Source: a virus (Duplodnaviria; Caudoviricetes). Taken from it: 39,745 bases of DNA. Below are positions 25,669-35,003 of the stretch, piece by piece. Numbering within the stretch: the first letter of the stretch is position 1; each line of letters begins with the position of its first letter. The stretch lies in IMG/VR virus record IMGVR_UViG_3300020045_006736, positions 1 to 39,745 of that record; one strand, given 5' to 3'. A model generated the notes under the pieces. It was not told where the DNA came from and ran no database searches. It saw only the letters and a program-made list of their open reading frames with translations. The position numbers were made by a program, and so were the translations under genes.

Positions 25669-27045
25669 ATGTTGGAACAAGAGAAGTATCAGGAAGTCTG
25701 GAAACACGAGCAATATCGTACCGTGGCTCCAGGAGAGCACTGCGTTGATCTATTCTTGCAATTAGCAAAACCGAAGGCGACCGATACCATTACGGATTAC
25801 GGTGCTGGAACGGGAAGGGCGGCGCTGAAGCTGGCGGATGCCGCTAAAGTCAGAATGCTGGACTTTACCACCAACAGTCTGGATCCGATAGTCCAGGAGC
25901 ATCTGAACGAGCGGTTGGTGTTTGCGCAGCACGATTTGACTCAACCGATAACCGACTTCACCAAGTACGGGTATTGCTGCGATGTCATGGAGCACATCCC
26001 GCCGGAAGATGTGCTGACGGTTCTGAAGAACATTACCCAGTCCTGCCGGCACTGCTTTTTTCAGATTTCTTGCGTTCCCGATGTTATGGGCGCACTGATT
26101 GGGGAGCAATTGCATCTTACGGTGCAGCCGTATTCCTGGTGGCTTGACCGGTTCAATGAGATTGGCTGCGCGGTTCGCTTCTCGAAAGACCTGGAAACCC
26201 ACTGCCTGTTTTACGTATCGGCATGGGCGAACGGGGGCGATGTAGCGGTTATCGCGAAGGTTAATACCGAGGATGAAGAAATTCGCGCCAACGTCAAGCA
26301 CAATATTCAGCTAGGGCTTTCGGAAGCTAAGCCATATGAACAGCAAGAGCAGGAGCTGATCATCCTGGCTGGCGGACCGAGCTTGAACGATTTCAAAGAC
26401 GAAATCCTGATCAACAAGAAGATGGGGCTACCCATTGTAACCCTTAACGGGGCGTACAATTGGGCGATAGAGCACGGTATCAAGCCGGATGTGCAGATCA
26501 TCCTCGATGCTCGTGAGTTCAATAAAAGGTTCCTGGAACCTATCGTTCCAACCTGTAAATACCTACTATCCTCTCAGTGCCATCCAAATTTGATAAAATC
26601 GGTGCCACCGGAGCAAGTTACCTTGTGGCATAGTGGGGCCGCGGTAGTTCGATCCGTAGTTGAAGAATTGGGCATTGAGCGGGACGTGTATCCTGTGTAC
26701 GGGGGTATGACTGTGCCGCTACGGGCGATACCGCTATTAATCATGCTGGGCTTTCACCGCTTCGTGATTTACGGCTTCGATTCATGCTTGAAGAAGGATG
26801 AGCACCACGCCTACGCGCAGCCGGAAAACGATTACAACACCGTACTAGAGGTTGAATGCGGCGGGCGGTACTTTAAATGTCATGGCTGGATGGTCAGCCA
26901 GGCGCAGGAATGGTTGCAGTTGCAGGACATGATCGCGGATCTCTGTGAGATAGAAGTGAAAGGCGATGGTTTGATAGCCCACACCATTCGTACCGGGGCG
27001 GACATAGCGAAAACAAAGACTATAGGTTCGGAGACCAACATATAG
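25669..27045 (+). CDS. Class I SAM methyltransferase fused to MAF/DUF115 (MptE-like) domain
   Basis: DYGAGTG and DVMEHIP in the N-half; IILAGGPSL, N.A......IKPD....LDA and GG.TV...A......GF.....YGFD in the C-half. Confidence 0.7.
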   Translation: MLEQEKYQEVWKHEQYRTVAPGEHCVDLFLQLAKPKATDTITDYGAGTGRAALKLADAAKVRMLDFTTNSLDPIVQEHLNERLVFAQHDLTQPITDFTKYGYCCDVMEHIPPEDVLTVLKNITQSCRHCFFQISCVPDVMGALIGEQLHLTVQPYSWWLDRFNEIGCAVRFSKDLETHCLFYVSAWANGGDVAVIAKVNTEDEEIRANVKHNIQLGLSEAKPYEQQEQELIILAGGPSLNDFKDEILINKKMGLPIVTLNGAYNWAIEHGIKPDVQIILDAREFNKRFLEPIVPTCKYLLSSQCHPNLIKSVPPEQVTLWHSGAAVVRSVVEELGIERDVYPVYGGMTVPLRAIPLLIMLGFHRFVIYGFDSCLKKDEHHAYAQPENDYNTVLEVECGGRYFKCHGWMVSQAQEWLQLQDMIADLCEIEVKGDGLIAHTIRTGADIAKTKTIGSETNI

Positions 27046-27056
27046 TATACTTATTG

Positions 27057-27112
27057 TGCAGGATAGGATGGCCGTCCGATAAGCTCGCACCGCTCTCAGC
27101 GAGTTTCCTGCA
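27057..27112 (+). ncRNA. C4-antisense-like three-stem RNA upstream of HNH gene
   Basis: Stems TGCAGGA/TCCTGCA, GGAT/GTCC and CTCGC/GCGAG. Loop ACCGCTCTCA is complementary to TGAGGG (27122) and GAGCGG (27140). Confidence 0.55.
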
Positions 27113-27149
27113 ACCACTTAATGAGGGCTAAATTAGGTGGAGCGGGCCG

Positions 27150-27758
27150 ATGAAAGTGTGTACGAAGTGCGGGGTGGAGAAAGCGTATAGCGAGTTCGGA
27201 ACACGAAAAAACCTCCTGGATGGGCTGAGTAAACAGTGTAAGGATTGCGTTAGGAAATATGACCGGGAATATTATTCTAAAAATAGAGAGGCTTGCATGG
27301 CAAGGAGCCGCAAGTGGCAGAATGCCAATAAGGATAAGTTATGGCATGTAGCGTATGCGGATAAAGCAAAAATACGCAGAGCGATATATAAAGCCGGAAA
27401 TAAAGAACGAATAAGTGAATCTGGAAAAGCGTATCGGTTAAATAACGCTGAAAAAGAAAGAATACGGCATAAGGAGTATGCAGTAAATAACAGGGGTAAA
27501 AGGGCTGCAAATGAAGATAGAAGACGAAATTCTATGAGAATAGCTACTCCTATGTGGGCTAATTTATTTTTTATAGAAGAAGCATATTCATTAGCTAAAC
27601 TTAGAACTGAAATTACCGGGCATAAGTGGCACGTTGATCACATAGTTCCTTTGCAAAGCGAAATAGTATGCGGGCTGCATGTACACGATAATATTCGAGT
27701 AGTTCTTGGAAAAGTGAACATGCAAAAATATAATAGGGTTTGGCCTGACATGCCGTGA
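27150..27758 (+). mobile_element. Free-standing HNH homing endonuclease with N-terminal Cys4 zinc finger
   Basis: C..C...C..C at the N-terminus; TP.WA...HVDHIVPLQ..VCGLHV..N HNH motif; AT-rich. Confidence 0.88.
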
Positions 27759-27814
27759 AACTGTTAACCGGGCGATAGCCCATTTTTAAACATTGACTAT
27801 CGGGAGATACTCAA

Positions 27815-28514
27815 ATGGCTGCAGGCTTATAGTTTAGGCCCCCGGTAAGGTAACTTATCGGTAAACTCTGTGTGAATTGCTGGAAAACCCGACCGCTAAA
27901 GACGAGGGCAATCAGCAGCGAAGCCGAGCGATCGGAACGTTCAACGACTATCCCGAGAGGGAGTACGCTCAAGCGAGTGGAAGCGCACAGCACCCAGAAA
28001 TGGGTGAAGATATAGTCTACTCTTTATAGTAATATAAAGCAGGGTATAATCCCGGATAACTTGGTAGCGTAAGTTATTGAATTATAAGGCGTATACACTT
28101 TATAATGAAAGTAAGAAATATTTGAACACCGGGCAAATTGACCTCGACACCAACAACTTATTTTCTAAGCTGTTTAAATCGACAAGTAATGCCTCGACAT
28201 ATACTTTGTCAAATACTTCGGAATTGACCAACCCGGTATCGGGCGGTGGTTATACTGGACAGAAGGCGTTAACTTCGGTTGTCGTAACCGCGGGCGCGTC
28301 TGCTAAACAGATTAAGTTCGATGCTGCGGACGTTATTTACACTGCGTCGGGCGGTAACGTGGGTTCGATTATGTACGACGTTATTTTCGCGTCGGGCGGT
28401 AAGTTGATTTGTTGGGCTAAACTTAGTACGGCCGCATTTACTGTGACCTCTGGGAATACTCTGACTAACCAATTCAACTCAGCGGGTATTTTTACTATTA
28501 CATCTAGCCCGTAG
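27815..28514 (+). CDS. Intron-split virion structural protein: join(27815..27827, 28090..28514), 145 aa
   Basis: GGGAG SD and ATG at 27815; splicing restores MAAGSYTLYNESKKYLNTGQIDLDT... Confidence 0.75.
27828..28089 (+). ncRNA. Group I self-splicing intron (IA2-like, ORF-less, ~262 nt)
   Basis: P AATTGCTGGAAA (27875), Q AATCAGCAG (27910), R GTTCAACGACTA (27939), S AAGATATAGTC (28007). P3 CTGTGTG/CGCACAG, P7 GACTA/TAGTC, hairpins for P7.1, P7.2, P8 and P9. P1 has a U.G pair; terminal G. Confidence 0.92.
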
Positions 28515-28630
28515 TAGTAATTTAATATCCATCCGCAGGTGCATTGAGGGTAGAATACCGGCAATCAATTTTCGGTAGCTACCCTAGCCGAGAGTAGTAT
28601 TTGTAAACATTTCATTGTCGGGAGACAACA

Positions 28631-28822
28631 ATGGCATTACCACAAGAAGCAATTGAACTGGACGCAAAACGTCTGGCCGTCGTTCAGCAAATCGAAGAAT
28701 TGAAAGTCGAAGCCAGAGCTTTGAAAAAAGCGATGGACAAAGCGATCGAAAAAGCCAATTTGGAGTTCAAGTTGGGCATCGTAACTGACGAAGATCGTGA
28801 GAAAATGAAAGCTCTGCTGTAA
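28631..28822 (+). CDS. Small coiled-coil protein
   Basis: GGGAG SD; 63 aa. Confidence 0.65.
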   Translation: MALPQEAIELDAKRLAVVQQIEELKVEARALKKAMDKAIEKANLEFKLGIVTDEDREKMKALL

Positions 28823-28870
28823 CCGCGTCAGCGGTTGCCGCAGCTCTTTTCTAAATTATCGAGGTTCTTT

Positions 28871-29953
28871 ATGCGATTTGCTAAGCAGTTTAATCGTGCC
28901 TTACGCTTTGCGGCGATGGGCATGGTCTTTTCAACATCCAGTATGGCGGCCACGATGATTGTGGACAGAGGCTTCGAGACCGGGGAGCTGACCGGTCTTG
29001 TCTGCTCCGGTAACTGCCCTACGGTAGTTTCCTCACCGACCGCTGCCGGGTCTAAATTCTCCGGAAGTTTTGCTTTGACTCGCGACATGCGAATCCCTTA
29101 CCGGACTGAAATTACGTTCGGGCCAAAGGGTAAATTCGAGTTCGGGAAAGAATACTGGGTCGGATTTAATTATCGGTTTGAAGACTGGGAGCGGGATGGA
29201 AGTCCAGAGATGGCTCCGTTCCAGGTTCATGAAGCCACCCTAGACTGGGACGCAACCTGCGGCTGGGGATCAGCGGTCGGTAACGCGCCATTCTATATGC
29301 TCACCCAACACGGTAAGGTCGAATTTCGAGTGTACCGCAGCCGAACCATGTGGGAAGAACCCATAGTTCGGGGTAAGTGGGCTGGTATGACACTACACTT
29401 TAAAATATCCCCGAACGATGACGGCTTTATAGAAGCTTGGAAAGACGGCGAGAAGCTGTTCTCGACCACAGGGAAGAACACCAATGGACTGGACAAGTGC
29501 GGCAGGCCTATGAAGCCTACCTACATGAAAATGGGCATTTACAAGTGGGATTGGAAGGCTGGTAGACCGGACACCCAATCCTCGCGGCGTGAACTGTTCT
29601 TAGACAATCTGAAAATCGCTTCCGGAGAAGACGGCTTCGCGCTGGTATCTACGCCGGTTGAAGCACTCCCACCACCACCACCACCGCCTCCGCCCGAACC
29701 AACGCCTACTGACATACCAGTAATAAGCGGCGCAGGGGCTGTTGTTAACGGCACGACGGCTACTGTTAGCTGGGTATCCCAAGCGCAGAAAGGATCCGCC
29801 AGAATAACGCATTCGGTGGTGCTTACAGGACTTACCCCAGGATCCGTAGTCAGCTATGTTATCAAAGCTACGAACAGCAAGGACAAAGTGACGGCCAGCG
29901 AGACGCTGACATTTACGGTGCCAGAAATAGAACCGGAACCAGAGTTACCTTAG
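28871..29953 (+). CDS. Secreted polysaccharide lyase (heparin lyase I / jelly-roll type) with Pro linker and Fn3-like tail
   Basis: Signal-like N-terminus ending SMA; R.E, EYW.GF, Q.H, G.IEAWKDG and YMKMGIYK motifs; poly-Pro linker; HSV.LTGL.PG. Confidence 0.7.
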   Translation: MRFAKQFNRALRFAAMGMVFSTSSMAATMIVDRGFETGELTGLVCSGNCPTVVSSPTAAGSKFSGSFALTRDMRIPYRTEITFGPKGKFEFGKEYWVGFNYRFEDWERDGSPEMAPFQVHEATLDWDATCGWGSAVGNAPFYMLTQHGKVEFRVYRSRTMWEEPIVRGKWAGMTLHFKISPNDDGFIEAWKDGEKLFSTTGKNTNGLDKCGRPMKPTYMKMGIYKWDWKAGRPDTQSSRRELFLDNLKIASGEDGFALVSTPVEALPPPPPPPPPEPTPTDIPVISGAGAVVNGTTATVSWVSQAQKGSARITHSVVLTGLTPGSVVSYVIKATNSKDKVTASETLTFTVPEIEPEPELP

Positions 29954-29980
29954 CGGGGTTGGAGAGAAGCGAAAGTTTTA

Positions 29981-30012
29981 GCCCTCGGCAGTAGTATCGC
30001 AGGGCATTTTTT
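29981..30012 (+). terminator. Putative intrinsic terminator
   Basis: GCCCT...AGGGC stem followed by TTTTTT. Confidence 0.4.
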
Positions 30013-30109
30013 CTGTAGTTTGCGGAGGAAAACTGCTAAGGCCCGTGGTCCCTCCGCGAAATCGGAAAGAATAAAAACATATTTTAATGGGGATAAACTG
30101 AGATTTTTT

Positions 30110-31141
30110 ATGAAAAATTATATAAACCGCAGCATAAACAACAGATATTTACAAATGGATTACGCGCGAACACTGCAAACTAATAAAATTCGCAATTTTC
30201 TGTCACGTTTCCGGAGTAGTATTAACAATTTCGTATTGTATATTGCGCTACTCGGAATTTTCTTTTCCCATGCAGCGCAGGCATTAGTGGACCCAAACGA
30301 GCCATTCGACGCTAGACGTATTCCAGTTGAATTGCAGGCATGGTGGACGCCAAATTTTGGACATGTCCACGCCGGGCTTCGCCTGCCTCTTGGCCAGGTT
30401 GTTTCCGGTAAACTCGATGTTAACGTGCGCGTTGTGCTTCATGACAACCCAAGCAAAATCACCTGGGTACGAATTTGCGCGGAAAGCAGCGTTTGTTTTT
30501 ATAAAAAGGATTTGAATCTCACATGCCCTTACGATGGCATAACGAGTACGAATTGCGCATTTAACGTACCCATATCTATGGATACAACCAAGATGAAAGA
30601 TGGCTGGCGCGAGCTTAGAGTTAGCGCCAATATGATTACGGCCGATGGTAAACGTTTTTTCAATTCGAGTGGAATCCCCATAAATGTTCAAAATGGCTTT
30701 TCGGACAGTAACTATAACAGATATTGTAACAACAAGTCGTTGATTGGCCGAGGATGGTACGAAGAATTTGATTACACGAATGCGGTTATAGAGTGTGTAC
30801 CTCTTGCGCCAATTTCTGGAACTCACGTATTTCGTGTTAGAGCGCAGAATTTAAGCGAGCACCTAAAGGTTGCACTCGATAGGAACCACCATATCCCTGC
30901 GGTTGATCAATACCATCCGGCGGAAGATCCGCGCGAAGGCATCATCTTGTTCGATAAAGAGGGGTCATTTACAACTTGGCAATCAATTTCAATTGACACT
31001 CTAAGTCTTGAGAATGGATGGCACACATTATCAGTGACCTCTACCAGTCCAAGGGGGTCAACTTCTGAATGTGATTATTGTAACGGAGAATTTAATAAGC
31101 CGCACGGGGTGGCAAAAATGTGGTTTTACGTCCAAAATTGA
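30110..31141 (+). CDS. Putative secreted Cys-containing beta-rich protein (moron-like); start uncertain
   Basis: Signal-like VLYIALLGIFFSHAAQA; two Ig-like DT....GW..L.V motifs; lower GC. Confidence 0.65.
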   Translation: MKNYINRSINNRYLQMDYARTLQTNKIRNFLSRFRSSINNFVLYIALLGIFFSHAAQALVDPNEPFDARRIPVELQAWWTPNFGHVHAGLRLPLGQVVSGKLDVNVRVVLHDNPSKITWVRICAESSVCFYKKDLNLTCPYDGITSTNCAFNVPISMDTTKMKDGWRELRVSANMITADGKRFFNSSGIPINVQNGFSDSNYNRYCNNKSLIGRGWYEEFDYTNAVIECVPLAPISGTHVFRVRAQNLSEHLKVALDRNHHIPAVDQYHPAEDPREGIILFDKEGSFTTWQSISIDTLSLENGWHTLSVTSTSPRGSTSECDYCNGEFNKPHGVAKMWFYVQN

Positions 31142-31237
31142 TATTGACCAATACGGCTATGAACTCGCCATAGGTTTACCAGATCAGTAAGCGACTCGCT
31201 TGAGATATAAAACAGATATTTACGCATAAATAAATAA

Positions 31238-33727
31238 ATGGCAATTAGCGCAACTAATCTTGACACTATAAATTCAAGTACGGATGCGGCATCCTATGCG
31301 TTCGCTTCACAGACGTATTCCAATAACAAGCTATATTTATTATTCGTAACTACGTCCATAGGATCAGGATCCGCGCCTACTGTCACTGATATATCGGGGG
31401 GCGGGCTGTCGTTTACATCCATCACATCCACGACGTTTGGGTCAACAAGGCGCCTTGAAGCGTTCAGGGCGCTGCCTACTTCTGGGGCGACTACAGGAGT
31501 TGTTACGATAACGCTTAGCACTACCGGTCAGGGGTGCGAGGCTTGCATCGTTGAACTTGATGGGATGGATACCTCTGGAACTAATGGATCCGGGGCTATT
31601 GTTCAAAGTGCAACTGTCTCTAGCACTTCCGGGGGGACTTCAGCAACGGTAACGCTAGCCGCTTTCGGCAGCACTGATAATAGGCCGGTAGCGTTTTTCA
31701 ATCACAGGGCAGATGAAGCGGTTACTGAGGAAGGCGGATATGCTGTTTTAGCCTCTGGGAATCATGCTTCTCCGAGCATGGGATTTTTATGCGAATGGCT
31801 GTCCGGGTCCACAGATACCACGCCATCCGCTTCCTGGACCACTAGCGCCAACAACGGGGGCGTAGCGGTTGAGGTTAAGGCCGCTGCGGGGAATACAACG
31901 CTCCCTGGCGCCGGCAGTTGTGTATACGCTGGTCAGGCACCGACCGAAGCGCAAACATTTTCTACGGCTCCCGGCGTCGGCAGTAAGGTCTACACCGGTC
32001 AAGCACCTACCGAGGTGCAAACGACCGATACGTTCACCGCACCGGGCGTCGGCAGCAAGGTCTACACCGGCCAAGCACCGACCGAGGTGCAGACGGCCAA
32101 TGCGTTCACCGCACCGGGCGTCGGCAGCAAGGTCTACACCGGTCAAGCACCTACCGAAGCGCAAACATTTTCTACGGCTCCCGGCGTCGGCAGCAAGGTC
32201 TACACCGGTCAAGCACCTACCGAAGCGCAGACGGCCAATGCGTTCACCGCGCCGGGCGTCGGCAGCAAGGACTACACCGGTCAAGCGCCGACCGAGGTGC
32301 AGACACTCAATGCGTTCACCGCACCGGGCGTCGGCAGCAAGGTCTACACCGGCCAAGCACCTACCGAAGCGCAGACGGCCAATGCGTTCACCGAGCCGGG
32401 CGTCGGTAGCAAGGTTTACACCGGCCAAGCGCCAACACTGAACTTAGGGGACAGCCAGACGGCTCAGCCAGGGGCAGGCAGTAAGGTTTACACCGGTCAA
32501 GCACCTACCGAAGCGCAGACGGCCAATGCGTTCACCGCACCGGGCGTCGGCAGTAAGGTCTACTCCGGTCAAGCGCCGACCGAAGCGCAGACACTCAATG
32601 CGTTCACCGCACCGGGCGTCGGTAGCAAGGTTTACACCGGACAAGCACCGACCGAGGTTCAGACGGCCAATGCGTTCACCGCACCGGGCGTCGGCAGTAA
32701 GGTCTACACCGGCCAAGCACCTACCGAAGCGCAGACGGCCAATGCGTTCACCGCACCAGGCGTCGGTAGCAAGGTTTACACCGGCCAAGCGCCAACACTG
32801 AACTTAGGGGATAGTCAGACGGCTCAGCCTGGGGCGGGCAGTAAAGTCTACACCGGCCAAGCACCATCCGAAGCGCAAACGTTCAACGTGTTCACCACAC
32901 CGAGCGACGGAGCCATTCTCTACTCCGGCCAAGCACCGACCGAAGCGCAAACGTTCAACGTGTTCTCCTCGCCTAGTTTCGGATCCATTCTCTACACCGG
33001 CCAAGCACCGACCGAGGCGCAAACGTTCAACGTGTTCACCGCGCCGAGCGATGGATCCATTCTCTACACCGGCCAAGCACCGACCGAAGCGCAGACGGCC
33101 AATCAGTTCTCCTCGCCTAGTTTCGGGGCGGTCCTCTACTCTGGGCAGCAATCCGCCGTACAGAACGGAGACAGTCACGTCAGGCAACCTGGAAGCGGGG
33201 AGAAAATTTACACTGGGCAGCAACCTACGGCGAACTTCTCGCACAGCGCGGCACCAGGACAAGGGACGGTGCTGTACGGAGGAACGCAGTCCACGATTAT
33301 TACCGCGAGCAATCAGTTCGCAGCTCCAGGATTTGGCGCAAAAGTCTATTCAGGGCAGGCATCGACGATCACAAATCAATACTTCAGCTACGTTAATTTC
33401 GGTACGGTAACGTATACTGGAACCAGCGGGATTATTGATTTGAGGATTGCGTCCGCTACTGGCAGTATGCTCTATACCGGGTTGACTACCACTGTCACGC
33501 AGGGGGACGTTCGGTTACTGGGTGCAGGCGAGCAGCAATACTCTGGGCAAGTGCCGGTGTTCTTTTACTCTACAGGAACATTCACATTCCCTTCGGCTGG
33601 TACCGAGGTGTACGTTGGGGGACAGCCGATTGCGAACACAAGCCGCCTGGTACCGGACGCATCGATATTAAGGGTTGTGTGCGGGAATCCGTATAAAAGC
33701 GTAGTGCTAGGGTTTAGATCCAATTAA
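31238..33727 (+). CDS. Tail fibre/spike-like protein with 22-24-aa tandem repeats
   Basis: 829 aa; S/T/G-rich N-domain followed by TAPGVGSKVYTGQAPTEAQTANAF repeats. Confidence 0.7.
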   Translation: MAISATNLDTINSSTDAASYAFASQTYSNNKLYLLFVTTSIGSGSAPTVTDISGGGLSFTSITSTTFGSTRRLEAFRALPTSGATTGVVTITLSTTGQGCEACIVELDGMDTSGTNGSGAIVQSATVSSTSGGTSATVTLAAFGSTDNRPVAFFNHRADEAVTEEGGYAVLASGNHASPSMGFLCEWLSGSTDTTPSASWTTSANNGGVAVEVKAAAGNTTLPGAGSCVYAGQAPTEAQTFSTAPGVGSKVYTGQAPTEVQTTDTFTAPGVGSKVYTGQAPTEVQTANAFTAPGVGSKVYTGQAPTEAQTFSTAPGVGSKVYTGQAPTEAQTANAFTAPGVGSKDYTGQAPTEVQTLNAFTAPGVGSKVYTGQAPTEAQTANAFTEPGVGSKVYTGQAPTLNLGDSQTAQPGAGSKVYTGQAPTEAQTANAFTAPGVGSKVYSGQAPTEAQTLNAFTAPGVGSKVYTGQAPTEVQTANAFTAPGVGSKVYTGQAPTEAQTANAFTAPGVGSKVYTGQAPTLNLGDSQTAQPGAGSKVYTGQAPSEAQTFNVFTTPSDGAILYSGQAPTEAQTFNVFSSPSFGSILYTGQAPTEAQTFNVFTAPSDGSILYTGQAPTEAQTANQFSSPSFGAVLYSGQQSAVQNGDSHVRQPGSGEKIYTGQQPTANFSHSAAPGQGTVLYGGTQSTIITASNQFAAPGFGAKVYSGQASTITNQYFSYVNFGTVTYTGTSGIIDLRIASATGSMLYTGLTTTVTQGDVRLLGAGEQQYSGQVPVFFYSTGTFTFPSAGTEVYVGGQPIANTSRLVPDASILRVVCGNPYKSVVLGFRSN
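31903..33120 (+). repeat. 66/72-bp tandem repeat array inside tail gene
   Basis: Near-identical units, plus a higher-order duplication with 360-bp offset (32431 vs 32791). Confidence 0.92.
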
Positions 33728-33739
33728 CAGGAAGAATAG

Positions 33740-34099
33740 ATGCCATATTTAGCAGATAGGGTAAAGGACTCGACGACCACGACAGGGACTGGAAACCTGA
33801 CGCTATCCGGTACTGCTCCGACCGGGTTTCAAACGTTTAATGCTGCGTTCGGTACGAATACACGGTTCTACTACGCGATTTCCTCGTCGAGCGGATCGGA
33901 GTGGGAAGTTGGGATAGGCTATTTATCGGCATCGACGACGATGGTTAGAGACAAAATAACTGCTAGCAGTAATAGCGGCGCTGCGGTAAACCTGAGTGCC
34001 GGAACGAAGGATGTGTATTGCACGTTTGCCGCTAACGTAGCTGAAAACGCCAATCACGGAAAATTATTAACAATTGCAATGGGCCAATGCCGGTCCTAG
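33740..34099 (+). CDS. Conserved virion/tail protein
   Basis: LADRVK.STTTTGTG..TL.G...GFQ.F and WEVG.G motifs common in phage tail proteins. Confidence 0.7.
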   Translation: MPYLADRVKDSTTTTGTGNLTLSGTAPTGFQTFNAAFGTNTRFYYAISSSSGSEWEVGIGYLSASTTMVRDKITASSNSGAAVNLSAGTKDVYCTFAANVAENANHGKLLTIAMGQCRS

Positions 34100-34110
34100 G
34101 ATAAAACGCC

Positions 34111-34563
34111 ATGCCAGGAAATTCAGACCCACTATTTTCAAGAGTTGGAACCATTGGAACGCCAGTTGCGGTAACAGCCGCAAATACGTCTACCCAGGGC
34201 GGCGGAACGATTGGCACCGATATGTTCTTAGCATTTACTTCGGACGCCACCAACGGCAGCTTCGTCCGGGAAGTTCGCTTTGTCCCGTGCGCAACAACGG
34301 CTGGAACAGCGACTACGGCCACCGTTGCCAGGGTATTTATCTCGACGCAAACGTCCGGGGCGACCACGTCGAGTAATACTCACATGTATGCGGACATTGC
34401 GCTAGGCGCTCAGACTGCCGACTCTGCATCGGCTGGAACGTTTCCGGTGATTGTCCCGATGAACATTGCGCTTGATCCAGGCTATACGATTTTGGTCACG
34501 AATCACGCATCCCCGGCGGCTAACACCCATTGGAAAGCTATGGTTATCGGGGGTAAATACTGA
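34111..34563 (+). CDS. Putative tail protein
   Basis: T/A/G-rich 150 aa ending GGKY. Confidence 0.65.
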   Translation: MPGNSDPLFSRVGTIGTPVAVTAANTSTQGGGTIGTDMFLAFTSDATNGSFVREVRFVPCATTAGTATTATVARVFISTQTSGATTSSNTHMYADIALGAQTADSASAGTFPVIVPMNIALDPGYTILVTNHASPAANTHWKAMVIGGKY

Positions 34564-35003
34564 TGTTTAAAAGCCCTATTGAGTTTTTGTCGGTGTATAC
34601 GGGTCAAACCGGCTACATGCTAATTCATGACTTCTATCGAACGGTTATCTCGGTAAACTTTGATGATGGCACGGAAGTTCCTAACGATCCGCCGTATTCG
34701 TATACGGTAACTGGCGTTGAAGTTCAGATCGAGCCGATTTTAGGGTCTGATGCGCCGGAAACACCTGCTCAAAACACGCATGTTTTGTTGGAATACGAGC
34801 TACGCCGGCGGTTTACCACAGAGGAAAAAGTTCTATTGTACGAGGCGGCAAAGTCGAATACGGTAGTTCAGGTATGGCTGGATGATTTACGCGCCAGGGG
34901 GTCGGTTGATTTACAGGGTACAGAAGCTGCCGCTGCATTTACCGGGCTAGTGGCCCTCGGTGTCTTATCGCAAGAGCGAGCGGATGAAATAATCAATGCT
35001 TGA
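34563..35003 (+). CDS. Putative tail fibre assembly-associated protein
   Basis: C-terminal RFT.EE...VDL......LV..G.L...RA.EI motif. Confidence 0.6.
   Translation: MFKSPIEFLSVYTGQTGYMLIHDFYRTVISVNFDDGTEVPNDPPYSYTVTGVEVQIEPILGSDAPETPAQNTHVLLEYELRRRFTTEEKVLLYEAAKSNTVVQVWLDDLRARGSVDLQGTEAAAAFTGLVALGVLSQERADEIINA

Noticed and set aside
9707-28055. GGTATAA(N)CCCG as a phage late-promoter consensus (near 9707, 16730, 24539, 28043)
   Set aside because: One copy is mid-gene and one is part of an intron hairpin; too few intergenic copies to support it.
28077-28089. TTG start for the 145-aa ORF
   Set aside because: It lies inside the intron 3' end with no SD; the upstream ATG at 27815 has an SD and is restored in frame by splicing.
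28520-28600. Structured intergenic segment as a tRNA or riboswitch
   Set aside because: It can form a stem (AGGGTAG/CTACCCT) but shows no cloverleaf, T-loop or recognisable aptamer.
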